Positions 26,697 to 36,542 of a stretch of DNA of 64,000 bases are shown one piece after another. The stretch lies in the sequence record OR608733.1; one strand, given 5' to 3'. Under the pieces are notes generated by a model. The model saw only the letters and a list, made by a program, of their open reading frames with translations. It had not been told where the DNA came from and searched no databases. The position numbers were made by a program, and so were the translations under genes. Every line of letters begins with the position of its first letter. Position 1 is the first letter of the stretch.

Positions 26697-27404
26697 TTAC
26701 AGACCAATACGAGTCAAAATTTCAGCCCAACCTTTCTCTTTAGCATATCGCAATAGGCTATTTTCAATATGGGTCTCACTATAGACAATAGGCTCATGAC
26801 CACCTTGCACATGATACATTGTTAATGGTTCCACCACATGTTGACTAGACCAAGCATCGTATAAACGATCATTGATTTTAATCACCACATATACCATCAA
26901 TTTATCGTCGATGTCAAGATCAATACCTGCTACAAATGCATTAACATTGGAACGCACTTGGTCAGCAGTTAGTTGCACTTGCAGCCCGCCATGTACTTCA
27001 AATTCGATATCACAGATATTCTTATTTAACCAAGTATACACTGCCTGATTAGCATATGTCTCAATTGGATCACTACTACGTAAATCTATTAATGGACCAT
27101 ATGTTTCTAATGATGAGACACTGGTATCAACTAAGTCATTCAATGAGTATTCGGTACTAGAACAACTATCTAAAACACAGATAGTGTTATCCTCGATATG
27201 GATAGGTAATACCTTGAATACCACATTAGCAACATTAGGTAATGAGGTACCTGGTTCAGAACTATTGAATGGAGTATAAAATAATCGATCAGCCACTTCA
27301 TTATCAATAGTTGATACATCCATTGGAACGAATCCATTAAGATCTTGTTTGATTACGTCATTGTGTCCAATTCCAGAAAAAGATAAATACATTTTCTCAG
27401 ACAT
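26697..27404 (-). CDS. hypothetical protein
   Basis: 235-aa ORF. Confidence 0.8.
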   Translation of the reverse strand: MSEKMYLSFSGIGHNDVIKQDLNGFVPMDVSTIDNEVADRLFYTPFNSSEPGTSLPNVANVVFKVLPIHIEDNTICVLDSCSSTEYSLNDLVDTSVSSLETYGPLIDLRSSDPIETYANQAVYTWLNKNICDIEFEVHGGLQVQLTADQVRSNVNAFVAGIDLDIDDKLMVYVVIKINDRLYDAWSSQHVVEPLTMYHVQGGHEPIVYSETHIENSLLRYAKEKGWAEILTRIGL

Positions 27405-27412
27405 ATCCGTAC

Positions 27413-27670
27413 CTATTTATTTACACAGATTAGAGTATGTTCTACTTTACTAGTACTAGAAGAAAAATAACGTAATAGAACACCATCACTGATTTTTACA
27501 GTCTCTACATTATTACGAATAGCACTTGCTTTAGCTAGTTTTTGAATGCGCTCAATCGCGCTAAAACAAGTAGCCATGTCAGAGAACTCAGCGGTTGACT
27601 GCGATGCACCATTGGCTTGATAACCAGCGATACTGATACTACTAAAAAGAATTGCTAAAGTTGCATTCAT
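27413..27670 (-). CDS. small exported/membrane protein with Cys pair
   Basis: Hydrophobic N-terminus; F.D...C.....C. Confidence 0.7.
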   Translation of the reverse strand: MNATLAILFSSISIAGYQANGASQSTAEFSDMATCFSAIERIQKLAKASAIRNNVETVKISDGVLLRYFSSSTSKVEHTLICVNK

Positions 27671-28575
27671 TTCTTACCACCTTTAATAACAGTGAGTTTT
27701 GGTGTACCGGTAGGACGAGAAGGTTTATTAATAATAACCTGCGAATTGGAAGAATTATTGAAATCCTCAACCATCTTATTTACATCATTGTCAAATGAAT
27801 TAGATGTATCGTCGCCCGAGTCAACAGTTGATTCACTGACCACATTTGAAATAGGGTAACTGAGAAGTTCCATCATAAGTACATTGATGTTATCCTGATA
27901 GTTTTCATTACGTGTACAATTAATAACCCGCTCACACCAATCCATAATCAATTCTGGTGCATTCTGTTTAATTGCAGTTACCGCTACTCTAATATGTGCA
28001 TCTAATTCTGGATTACTAAATTCAGTTACTTTGTTAATGGCGCTTTCAATCATCTGATCATACTCATTATCAGATGTATTCCTTACAACTAACTTACCAT
28101 TAGCAGTATCGGCTTTATTTTTAAAATTAACCTCAGTGACATTACCTACGGTAGTTAATACTGGGTTTTTGTCAACTACATTATTAACAGTTCCTTCTAA
28201 TGTTGCACGAATAGTATCTGCATTGAGATATCTATCTACTAGCGGCATTTCAAAGAATGCGTTAGAATTATCATCAATAGGTGTAACTACACCCAATACT
28301 GCATAAAGAGGAAGTTTAATACTGACCCCAACTCCATTTACTGTTACATTGAAAGAGATATATTCGTCACTGATATAAAAATTCTTTGCACAGCGTGGAT
28401 GGATATTGAAAGTGATAGTGTGATCTTCTTTCGCATGCTTTAGAGCTACCTCAGATAAATCAGGTACTAATTGAGTATGTGCTACAATTAGAATATCTCT
28501 GAAGTTATTCTCAAGAAACCAATCATAGGTAGCTCGAAGAATATGGCCAGTGAGTAATGATTTTACCTTAAGCAT
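27667..28575 (-). CDS. sspB: SspB-like ClpXP adaptor
   Basis: ILRATYDWFLEN...ITFNIHPR...ISFN...G....LPLYAVLGV; C-terminal RPTGTPKLTVIK resembles the ClpX-binding tail (RPALRVVK). Confidence 0.85.
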   Translation of the reverse strand: MLKVKSLLTGHILRATYDWFLENNFRDILIVAHTQLVPDLSEVALKHAKEDHTITFNIHPRCAKNFYISDEYISFNVTVNGVGVSIKLPLYAVLGVVTPIDDNSNAFFEMPLVDRYLNADTIRATLEGTVNNVVDKNPVLTTVGNVTEVNFKNKADTANGKLVVRNTSDNEYDQMIESAINKVTEFSNPELDAHIRVAVTAIKQNAPELIMDWCERVINCTRNENYQDNINVLMMELLSYPISNVVSESTVDSGDDTSNSFDNDVNKMVEDFNNSSNSQVIINKPSRPTGTPKLTVIKGGKK

Positions 28576-28597
28576 ATTTGTATTACCTTTAAATAAA

Positions 28598-29065
28598 TTA
28601 TAGGAAGATATCTTCTACTGAGGGCACTATATTCTTTTCTTTTACAAGTTCAGTAGATTTGGTATAATGCACATTAAATAATTTCTTTAAATCTGCTTTT
28701 TCATATTTTACAGTATCTGCTAATTTCCAAATAGTAAGACCTAGATGAATACTAACTGAATTAACATGTTTTACGCATAGATCAATTAATTTGTTAAACT
28801 CTTCTAATTCATTTTTAATCAACGTTGCATCTAAAGCTTGGTGCAAACGATTAGATAATTTAACTTTATCTTTGTCAATTGTAAAGTTATTTTCAATATC
28901 CTTAGCACTCATCGGTGGTTCAACTTTATACCACACATTGGTTAGTTTACCGTCCACACGCGTCGTGATGGGATGTTTATAATCAGTCCAACTTCTATGT
29001 AGATTATGTTTATCATCAAGAACATCTACAGTAACTTTCTCATTACCTGTAAAGAATGGATACAT
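28598..29065 (-). CDS. hypothetical protein
   Basis: 155-aa ORF. Confidence 0.8.
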   Translation of the reverse strand: MYPFFTGNEKVTVDVLDDKHNLHRSWTDYKHPITTRVDGKLTNVWYKVEPPMSAKDIENNFTIDKDKVKLSNRLHQALDATLIKNELEEFNKLIDLCVKHVNSVSIHLGLTIWKLADTVKYEKADLKKLFNVHYTKSTELVKEKNIVPSVEDIFL

Positions 29066-29238
29066 TAGGTTGCCTTTATTTTATCAATGAGTAATTTTAA
29101 TAGTTCATCATTAGTTAAATTGTCTTTATTTTTAATAATGTCTTTTAGTTTAAACATATTGAAAGTATACCACAACCACTTATGAATTATATAACAAATC
29201 ACTATAACTAATAATAGTAGTGAATGTAATGCTAGCAT
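29065..29238 (-). CDS. 57-aa early membrane peptide (not in ORF track)
   Basis: Hand-translated MLALHSLLLLVIVICYIIHKWLWYTF...; AGGT RBS; first ORF after promoter 29275; stop overlaps next ATG. Confidence 0.7.
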   Translation of the reverse strand: MLALHSLLLLVIVICYIIHKWLWYTFNMFKLKDIIKNKDNLTNDELLKLLIDKIKAT

Positions 29239-29274
29239 TATAACTACCTATTTTGATATGACTTGACCAAATAT

Positions 29275-29306
29275 GTAATATAGATTTCAAAAAAAATTTA
29301 ATGCAA
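29275..29306 (-). promoter_or_regulatory. phiKZ-type early promoter
   Basis: TTGCAT-N18-TATATTAC. Confidence 0.85.
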
Positions 29307-29310
29307 TAAA

Positions 29311-29330
29311 GGAGAGCTAAATAGCTCTCC
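29311..29330 (-). terminator. intrinsic terminator
   Basis: GGAGAGCT/AGCTCTCC stem followed by TTT. Confidence 0.8.
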
Positions 29331-29339
29331 TATTTATGC

Positions 29340-29630
29340 TTATTTATTTTTCTTTCTTGACTTATCTTTAATAACTAAGTCTAATGCTTCAAACATTTTA
29401 ACAGCAGTTAAATGGTCGATAGAGTATGCCTTTTTACGTAAACGTCCAATAGCTACTGTATACTGGTATTCAGATAAACCATCACTCATATTGTCAATAA
29501 TTGATAGTGCTTCTTTATAAAGCCTGTTACACTTTATCGTGTGTTTGATGGCATAATAACCCCAGTTAATTAAAGCCATCATTATAATCAGAAACAAAAT
29601 ACCTATAATTACTGTCATGATATCATTCAT
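29340..29630 (-). CDS. single-pass membrane protein
   Basis: N-terminal TM VIIGILFLIIMMALINW. Confidence 0.75.
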   Translation of the reverse strand: MNDIMTVIIGILFLIIMMALINWGYYAIKHTIKCNRLYKEALSIIDNMSDGLSEYQYTVAIGRLRKKAYSIDHLTAVKMFEALDLVIKDKSRKKNK

Positions 29631-29940
29631 TTGCTGTTTCCCTATTATTACATTTTAATATAATCAATGAGTTGATATCGTAAATAAAAGATGTAAAAAT
29701 ATGTTGATTTGTTATTTTAGATGATTCTTTATCTATAATGTCTTGGACAGCATTTTGATAGAAAAAATAACTTATACCATCGGGCATTTTATCTAATACA
29801 TATCTAACCTTATAAACACCCATCCAGTGAATATAATGATTTTTTATATTAATAATGAAAGTTACACATGTTGATATAGCTGTTAGTGTTATCATTGATA
29901 TAACAAATACTTTATACATTTGCAACCCACAGATTCTCAT
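29623..29940 (-). CDS. single-pass membrane protein, similar to 29340-29630
   Basis: N-terminal TM; both genes share D.M.DG.S...YQ.A. Confidence 0.7.
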   Translation of the reverse strand: MRICGLQMYKVFVISMITLTAISTCVTFIINIKNHYIHWMGVYKVRYVLDKMPDGISYFFYQNAVQDIIDKESSKITNQHIFTSFIYDINSLIILKCNNRETANE

Positions 29941-29953
29941 CTAGATGAAATAA

Positions 29954-29973
29954 ACCAGCCCCGAAGGGCTGGT
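29954..29973 (-). terminator. intrinsic terminator
   Basis: ACCAGCCC-TTCG-GGGCTGGT. Confidence 0.8.
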
Positions 29974-29975
29974 AT

Positions 29976-30344
29976 TTATTTTACAACCACAGCTTTACCG
30001 TAGTTGTTATCCATACAGGTTTTAAATGATGTAACGTATGCATCACGTGGGCTTTGTCTACGTGAATACACAACGTGCACCTCTTTAATTGCTGCTGGGA
30101 GAACATTGTAAAGAACGTTATCTTTGTTCTTCACGCCGTACCCTTTTAGGGATCGTAGGTTTTCTTCCCATTGTAAAATGGGTGTTTTACGCTGACGTGC
30201 TTCTGCTGTGGCATGTGCTATAAGTGCAACACCATTACAGTAATTCTCGTCAACTACCAACGATGCAGCTAGTGGGTTTGATACGTATAACAACGTACTT
30301 AATACGGCCACTAACTTCATTACGTGTGTTAAACATTGCATCAC
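29976..30344 (-). CDS. exported helical protein, two-Cys family (outlying member)
   Basis: Signal peptide ending LAA; VDENYC...KTCMD. Confidence 0.75.
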   Translation of the reverse strand: MMQCLTHVMKLVAVLSTLLYVSNPLAASLVVDENYCNGVALIAHATAEARQRKTPILQWEENLRSLKGYGVKNKDNVLYNVLPAAIKEVHVVYSRRQSPRDAYVTSFKTCMDNNYGKAVVVK

Positions 30345-30397
30345 GTTGTACCTAGGTTGCTAAGATCAGAATATAAAGCTACTAAAATAGCCTTAAA

Positions 30398-30997
30398 TCA
30401 TTCTACAACCTTAACGTTACCATCTTCAATAACTAGATCTTTACCTACAACATCGGCAAGATCTAACTTATCTTTTACTTCCAGTTTCTTGATACTGTGT
30501 ACAAAACGGAATACAGATAGACGAAGAATTAGTTCTTCTGGTACATCAACAACATCAATAAAGTATTCTGATGGGTTGATATCACAATTGACATATTCCC
30601 AACTTTGTCTTAGTTCAGTTTCATTCTCAGTTACTTGTGCATCAAGAACTTCTTCAAAGTTAATATTGGCAATATTAGTATCATTATCATTCAGATAAGT
30701 AAATTGAAGACTAGCATTATTAATGAATTCTTCTTCAACTACAGTTAGTGCACGTTGAGCGTGAATGGGTAGATGATATCGAATACACCCATTAATAATA
30801 ACCTCATTTGCCTTTTCAATATAACGTTCTTCTTTGAATTTTACATTAGATACGACGTAATCTAGGATTGCCTTGTAATATTCTTTATGATCTGGGTGGC
30901 TCTTTTCAATCCACTGTCGGCTACTTACGCTAATTTTTTTCTCGGCTAGAAAATCTCGGAATTTAGCACGATCGATATAAGCGGTACGTTTTTTCAT
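30398..30997 (-). CDS. hypothetical protein
   Basis: 199-aa ORF. Confidence 0.8.
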   Translation of the reverse strand: MKKRTAYIDRAKFRDFLAEKKISVSSRQWIEKSHPDHKEYYKAILDYVVSNVKFKEERYIEKANEVIINGCIRYHLPIHAQRALTVVEEEFINNASLQFTYLNDNDTNIANINFEEVLDAQVTENETELRQSWEYVNCDINPSEYFIDVVDVPEELILRLSVFRFVHSIKKLEVKDKLDLADVVGKDLVIEDGNVKVVE

Positions 30998-31009
30998 CAG
31001 TAGTTCCTA

Positions 31010-31525
31010 TTATTTAACATTTCTAGGTGTTAGTTCGATATGTGAACAGATCACATAAGATGCACATGCCAGTACATCTAAACCATAATACTCATCATAA
31101 TGGAAATATCCTCTGAGATTACCTTGTTTAGTAAAGGTGTATTCATCAGCTAAATCTAACTCGTTACTTGTCTCTAGCACATTGATTAATTTATCATATT
31201 CAACTTTTAGTGCTATATCAGTACAGATTATTTGCTTGATATATTTATCAGAGTTTGGATCATTTTTATAATCTAAAGTATCAGTTAATACAGTGGTTAA
31301 TGCTAGAATAACATAGTCATGGTAACTTTCCGGTTGTTTAATCTCACCTTCAGGTATTTCAATCCATTCCCAACCATGTCGTAATATATTTAGCATTACA
31401 TGCCACTTACTGGTTTCATTACTAACCACAGCTATTGGTGAATCATTATAAGGTTTATACAAACCTGTTGTTTTTAAAAGATCTTTTTTAATAGCAGCTA
31501 TATATAACGGGCGGTTTTCTGACAT
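31010..31525 (-). CDS. hypothetical protein
   Basis: 171-aa ORF. Confidence 0.8.
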   Translation of the reverse strand: MSENRPLYIAAIKKDLLKTTGLYKPYNDSPIAVVSNETSKWHVMLNILRHGWEWIEIPEGEIKQPESYHDYVILALTTVLTDTLDYKNDPNSDKYIKQIICTDIALKVEYDKLINVLETSNELDLADEYTFTKQGNLRGYFHYDEYYGLDVLACASYVICSHIELTPRNVK

Positions 31526-31534
31526 TTTTATAAC

Positions 31535-31864
31535 TCACATATATTTCAAATGTTTGCCAATTGGTCTGTTAGGGTTATACATATAACCACGACCTGCTGC
31601 TGCCCTAATTACTAATTTCTGCATATCTGTTAATTTTCTATAATTATCACCAATTAATTTAAGTATAATACTTTCTATAGAATCATTAGTTAATTCAGAA
31701 GGATCTGTTACTTTGAAATAATTATATACTAATTCTCTTTTAACTAGAAAATCAACTCTTCGTTTTTCTTTAATTCGTTTATAACGTTGCGATACATGGA
31801 TAAATGAAAATAAAACAACTATCCAGAATAAGGTCAAAAGTAGGTACTCATCAACTACATTCAT
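31535..31864 (-). CDS. single-pass membrane protein
   Basis: LLLTLFWIVVLFSFI followed by a basic stretch. Confidence 0.75.
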   Translation of the reverse strand: MNVVDEYLLLTLFWIVVLFSFIHVSQRYKRIKEKRRVDFLVKRELVYNYFKVTDPSELTNDSIESIILKLIGDNYRKLTDMQKLVIRAAAGRGYMYNPNRPIGKHLKYM

Positions 31865-31866
31865 TT

Positions 31867-32190
31867 TTAATCCCTATCTTTTTTTTTCAAATTATCTTGT
31901 AACTCAACTAGTGTTCTGTTTAATAAACTAATTTGTTTCTGTTGTTCACATACAAGTTCACTTAACGTATTAATCTGTGCCTGTAGTTCTTTAGTATTAG
32001 TATCAATAACATCAAGAATATATTCTTTATTTTTCTTAGGCATTCTTTGCTTCCTCAACGTTAATTCACCAAACGGCAGAAAAGATGACTGGGCAGCCAA
32101 CACTCTTTTAGAATGTCTTTTGCCCAGTCTTTTAAATGTCTTACGAAGTTTAATTGGTATAAGCATTAAATAATATCTCTTGATGCCCAT
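31867..32190 (-). CDS. basic coiled-coil protein
   Basis: Basic N-terminus, heptad C-terminus. Confidence 0.75.
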   Translation of the reverse strand: MGIKRYYLMLIPIKLRKTFKRLGKRHSKRVLAAQSSFLPFGELTLRKQRMPKKNKEYILDVIDTNTKELQAQINTLSELVCEQQKQISLLNRTLVELQDNLKKKDRD

Positions 32191-32600
32191 GTACCATCTA
32201 CAGAGTCATTTACAAATGGTGCACGGTCACCAGGTATTACTTGAGCCCATAAATCCACTTCAAGTAATATCCGACGACATGCATAAAAAGGCTCTACTTC
32301 TACCCTGTATGAATTATCTTTAGGATCAATATACACAGTAGCAACTAGCTTAGGCTGGGCTCTTCGCCATTTATCCCATACTTTAAGAATTACTTCGCCT
32401 TCCATTCTGGCTATACGTGGAGTTATCTTTACCTCACTAATGATTAGCCCATCTGGACCTACCACTCGTTTAGGGGATAGCCATTTATGATAACCAATAT
32501 CATTAATCCCATTCTTTGAAAATACCGAGTCTTCAAGATATCCTCTCACACCAGGGTATAACGGAACCATTGTAAGCATATGACACCTATAGTGATCCAT
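32166..32600 (-). CDS. hypothetical protein
   Basis: 144-aa ORF. Confidence 0.75.
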   Translation of the reverse strand: MDHYRCHMLTMVPLYPGVRGYLEDSVFSKNGINDIGYHKWLSPKRVVGPDGLIISEVKITPRIARMEGEVILKVWDKWRRAQPKLVATVYIDPKDNSYRVEVEPFYACRRILLEVDLWAQVIPGDRAPFVNDSVDGTWASRDII

Positions 32601-32985
32601 TGGATGTCCATAAAACTGAATAAGGATTTTGAGTTAATTGGAATCTAATTGCAAAGTTTTCGATTTCCCAAAAACGATCAGTCTTATTCCACTCTAATTC
32701 CTTTTTCGCCAGATCAACATTAATTGTTGATATAATACGATTACGCTCTTCTTCAAATACAGTAAACCTGACGATTGCTGGAAATAAGCAATCTCTTTCT
32801 TTATAAAAGTTTAGAGTATTCTTATCGATATAACCTGGTCCTGGAATAATTTCAAGGATATTAAAATCAGTCCATCCTAAGTCTGGTGTACCTAGATCAG
32901 GTAAATGTTTTAAAACCCCATTGCGTATAAAGGGTTTTCCATATTCTAGTGTGACCTCATGAAAAGAAGAACCATAGATTTTCAT
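32587..32985 (-). CDS. hypothetical protein
   Basis: 132-aa ORF. Confidence 0.8.
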   Translation of the reverse strand: MKIYGSSFHEVTLEYGKPFIRNGVLKHLPDLGTPDLGWTDFNILEIIPGPGYIDKNTLNFYKERDCLFPAIVRFTVFEEERNRIISTINVDLAKKELEWNKTDRFWEIENFAIRFQLTQNPYSVLWTSNGSL

Positions 32986-33145
32986 ACAACCACCGTGCGT
33001 TTTAATTCATAGGGTTAGTATGTTTAGTACCGTTTGAATTTTATTTCATTACAGATGATCGCTTTGTTATATTTGGTGTTTGAATATTTTAGACTAGTTT
33101 CAATAAATGCTTTCTTTTTCATATATACACTTACGCAAAATAAAT

Positions 33146-33168
33146 AGGGACTCTCATTAAGAGTCCCT
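33146..33168 (-). terminator. intrinsic terminator
   Basis: AGGGACTCT/AGAGTCCCT stem. Confidence 0.8.
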
Positions 33169-33173
33169 TAATA

Positions 33174-33506
33174 TTAAACGAATAATAACTCCAGTACTAA
33201 TACTGGAAATTTATGCCGATATTGTGGATGTACATACGTATGAAATTTATGTGTGCCTAAATGGAATTCAACGTACAGTACAATAAAATCTTTAGCTGCA
33301 TTTCGATCATGTACGTAAACAGTGAGTATTTCACCATCATCATCTTTCTTACGTCCATAATCAAAATAGTAATTTTTGTTATCAGCTACCCCTTCAGCAT
33401 TTAATTGAATGCCTCTTACATCGACAACATTTAAACTAGAATCTTCATCAAATAAAGATCTAGTACTACCATGGTAAACCATTAATGGATCTAATTGAAT
33501 CTGCAT
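33174..33506 (-). CDS. hypothetical protein
   Basis: 110-aa ORF, GAGG RBS. Confidence 0.8.
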   Translation of the reverse strand: MQIQLDPLMVYHGSTRSLFDEDSSLNVVDVRGIQLNAEGVADNKNYYFDYGRKKDDDGEILTVYVHDRNAAKDFIVLYVEFHLGTHKFHTYVHPQYRHKFPVLVLELLFV

Positions 33507-33574
33507 GTGTTAGTCCTCTACTATGTAGTGAGGCACATGCCTCACTTATATTGTTTTAATTTTCATATTAATGA

Positions 33575-33922
33575 TCAATTAAAGTTAACAGTGCTATAAG
33601 CTTTACCTAATGCTGTAAATAGTTCTTCATTAAGTTCATCAAATTCTAACCAACCATTCATTTCACCTAAGATAGTTTTAACAATCGTAAGATTAACAAT
33701 CTCAGAGCTAGGAATGATATCTCGAATTCTCTCATGGAAATTAACTACTTGCTGAATACTTACTTTAGTATCATTGACTGAGATATCATCATCAGTTAAC
33801 TTATTAATAGCCATCATTGCTATACGTGAGAATAGATCAGTATGTTCTTCCTTAACAATTTCCCATGCTGCATTAAAGGAGTCAAGAACATCTAGATCAT
33901 CAGAATTTAGTTGCTTTTGCAT
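33575..33922 (-). CDS. hypothetical acidic helical protein
   Basis: 115-aa ORF with a structured leader (33947-34021). Confidence 0.8.
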   Translation of the reverse strand: MQKQLNSDDLDVLDSFNAAWEIVKEEHTDLFSRIAMMAINKLTDDDISVNDTKVSIQQVVNFHERIRDIIPSSEIVNLTIVKTILGEMNGWLEFDELNEELFTALGKAYSTVNFN

Positions 33923-34024
33923 TTTAACCTCTTAAACATTATAACACATATACCCCACAACATAAGTCATGGAGTATATGCCTCGAAAGGTACGTAATAG
34001 AAATACTACTACATAGTATTGTAT

Positions 34025-34495
34025 TTACTCATTAATAACAGATACTTTGTTATTCTCAGCTTTATTTTTAGCCGATAGGGCTAAATAGAGACAACTATAC
34101 CAAGTGAAGTAGTCTCTTGGGAAATAACCCTTTAAAAAAGTAGCCATATTTTTAGCACACGCTTTATTAATATTCTTATTAATGATTTTCCTCTCATTCA
34201 TTATTTTACAAGCTAACAATGAATAATGTAGTTGATTATTAGTACTTAGGTCTTCAAGGAATAGTTCTTTCACTGCTTGTGGCTTAGAACTTAGACACAT
34301 TATAATTTCTTGAACAATATAGTCATTCGTCACTGAATGAATGAGTTCAAGATAGAGTGAAAGATTAATCGAATACAGATCTTGTTTATTATTGAAAATG
34401 TATCCATTTCTATCTAATGTAACTAATTTCTTATATGTGGGAGACATCTTTTCATTAACTATTTTATAAAAAAGACTAATCACTAATTTAATCAT
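34025..34495 (-). CDS. hypothetical protein
   Basis: 156-aa ORF. Confidence 0.75.
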   Translation of the reverse strand: MIKLVISLFYKIVNEKMSPTYKKLVTLDRNGYIFNNKQDLYSINLSLYLELIHSVTNDYIVQEIIMCLSSKPQAVKELFLEDLSTNNQLHYSLLACKIMNERKIINKNINKACAKNMATFLKGYFPRDYFTWYSCLYLALSAKNKAENNKVSVINE

Positions 34496-35625
34496 TTTAA
34501 TAAACTTCCATCTACTCTATAAAAACCATGGACATCACGTTTACCATTTAGACTAGGTATCTCATATGGATCAGTTGATGGATTTATCAGTTTGATTTTG
34601 CATTTATCTAAACGATCACGCAAGCTGATATTACCAGATAATGTTAAACCACGATACTGAATATCGATATTATCTAAATCAACAATGAGCGTACTAAGCT
34701 CCCCATTTGTTAAGTATGGTACCACAACCGAGTCAATTACTTTTGCAATTGTCTTAGCTTCAATATGTATCCAGTTTCCAATATGATTAGCAATCTCTGG
34801 AAACTTATCTAGATCTAATATGATACTATAGTCACACCTAATTTTGATAATTCCATTACTTGACCAATAATGCATTGCACTATTTATACCACCTAAATGA
34901 TTCTCCATAGGTGTGAACTTTAGCCGTCCATTGAAATCTATAAGCACTTTTGAGTTATTACATGTATCAACTATTCTTGACTGATACATAAACATATTAA
35001 GTAGTTTTCTATTGATGGCCACAGTTGTACCATTAGTTAGTTCAACTACGACGATATCACCATCTGCTTCATAAGACTCTACAATTAGAGTTATTGGGTT
35101 ACTATCAAATTTGGAATTATTAGATAACCCACCCATCACAATCTTGTAATTACTATTAACTGATTTAACTTGATCTATTAAAGATGGATCAATGAAATCC
35201 TTAGTGAGTGGTTTTGATGTGAAAATTACAGCCACATTTAGATCACTATTGATTGGTGTATTTACAGGTATGTATTGTTCATTAGAGAAATAGAATAATT
35301 TAAGATCTTCTATATCAGTTAGATTAATAATATCTAATGAATTATTAGTTACTTTATACATGAATGAATCAAAATTTTGTTCAACAAAATAAATCATCCA
35401 TGTCTTAGTTTCTTTGGTATAATAACCCCATACTAAACTTCGATCATGTAATTTCCCAGATAGCATTCCTGTGAAATAACCTGACAGAATATCAATTTGA
35501 TCAACATCTACATTTTCTCTGATGTATTTATCATTTAGATTAGCTATCTTTTGTTCTAATGTATCTACCTTTTTTGGTTTGTTAAAAATATCAATAACAT
35601 TTTTTAAGTACTTAAACATAATCAT
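34492..35625 (-). CDS. hypothetical protein
   Basis: 377-aa ORF. Confidence 0.85.
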   Translation of the reverse strand: MIMFKYLKNVIDIFNKPKKVDTLEQKIANLNDKYIRENVDVDQIDILSGYFTGMLSGKLHDRSLVWGYYTKETKTWMIYFVEQNFDSFMYKVTNNSLDIINLTDIEDLKLFYFSNEQYIPVNTPINSDLNVAVIFTSKPLTKDFIDPSLIDQVKSVNSNYKIVMGGLSNNSKFDSNPITLIVESYEADGDIVVVELTNGTTVAINRKLLNMFMYQSRIVDTCNNSKVLIDFNGRLKFTPMENHLGGINSAMHYWSSNGIIKIRCDYSIILDLDKFPEIANHIGNWIHIEAKTIAKVIDSVVVPYLTNGELSTLIVDLDNIDIQYRGLTLSGNISLRDRLDKCKIKLINPSTDPYEIPSLNGKRDVHGFYRVDGSLLK

Positions 35626-35656
35626 AAATTACCTTTTGAGTATAAACACGGAATAA

Positions 35657-35676
35657 AAGCGGTGTACACACCGCTT
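35657..35676 (-). terminator. intrinsic terminator
   Basis: AAGCGGTG/CACCGCTT stem followed by T run. Confidence 0.8.
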
Positions 35677-35974
35677 ATTGTTCAAATTTGATTTTGATAT
35701 ATCCACCACCAACATTAGGCTGCTTAGGTCTTAGCCATCCTAGATTAAGATCCATATTCAAAACAAACGTATATGCTGTTACTCCATTTTCATCATCAAC
35801 ACTAATGGAGTGCCATCCATCATGATTTTGATCTTTAAGAGAATGGATTTTGGGATATAGTTGATTATGATTCAAATCAAATACTGTAACATCTCCAATT
35901 GATCTAATTGGATAACCGCGAGATCCTAAATGATGGGCTCCTCTGCGGTCCAGTGAAATAATAGCTTCGTTCAC
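35675..35974 (-). CDS. hypothetical early protein
   Basis: 99-aa ORF, GAGG RBS, after the variant promoter at 36019. Confidence 0.75.
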   Translation of the reverse strand: MNEAIISLDRRGAHHLGSRGYPIRSIGDVTVFDLNHNQLYPKIHSLKDQNHDGWHSISVDDENGVTAYTFVLNMDLNLGWLRPKQPNVGGGYIKIKFEQ

Positions 35975-36018
35975 GATAATTACCTCATGTAGATGTTTCC
36001 ATTAGTATATGCTAATCT

Positions 36019-36050
36019 ATAATGTAGATCTCAAATAAAATTTAGTGCAA
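36019..36050 (-). promoter_or_regulatory. variant early promoter
   Basis: TTGCAC-N18-TACATTAT; upstream part identical to the 20896 promoter. Confidence 0.65.
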
Positions 36051-36072
36051 TAGCCCTCCCCGAAGGGAGGGC
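36028..36072. repeat. 45-bp exact direct repeat, copy 2 (includes cUUCGg terminator 36053-36072)
   Basis: Identical to 20905-20949. Confidence 0.9.
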
Positions 36073-36084
36073 TTTATGACAACA

Positions 36085-36315
36085 TTACCGCTTACTCATT
36101 ATCGCAGCTAGTTCAACTTTAAATAATGCTTCTTCGACTTTACGAGAAATAGCATTTATTTGAACACGTTTATTATTTTCACGATCTAATGCAATTGTAT
36201 TTTTTCGTGTACAATAATCGTGTAAACCCAGTTGTCGCCTAACATAGAAAATAACAATTAATTTCAAAACACGAATATATCTCATAACGCGCTTGAACAT
36301 TTTATAAATCCTCAA
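36085..36315 (-). CDS. hypothetical basic protein
   Basis: 76-aa ORF. Confidence 0.65.
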   Translation of the reverse strand: MRIYKMFKRVMRYIRVLKLIVIFYVRRQLGLHDYCTRKNTIALDRENNKRVQINAISRKVEEALFKVELAAIMSKR

Positions 36316-36319
36316 TAAT

Positions 36320-36511
36320 TTAAGGAATTGCTTTTAAAGCTTCTTCGCGTTCAGCTAAAAGCTTATCATATTGTATTTGTAATCGGTTAATTTCCGCACG
36401 AGTTAATTTTGTCTTAGCATTAGGTTTCAACTTATGGTTAATATCAACGGTAATACCATGGTACCTAAATAGAGCTTCCATTTTGGCTATTTTCTTTTCA
36501 ATATCATCCAT
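36320..36511 (-). CDS. small coiled-coil protein
   Basis: 63-aa ORF. Confidence 0.7.
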   Translation of the reverse strand: MDDIEKKIAKMEALFRYHGITVDINHKLKPNAKTKLTRAEINRLQIQYDKLLAEREEALKAIP

Positions 36512-36542
36512 AGCTAAAATCCAAAAAAAATAATAATGACTA

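Noticed and set aside
26697-27404. NUDIX hydrolase next to thyA
   Set aside because: No recognisable Nudix box; the resemblance is too faint to call
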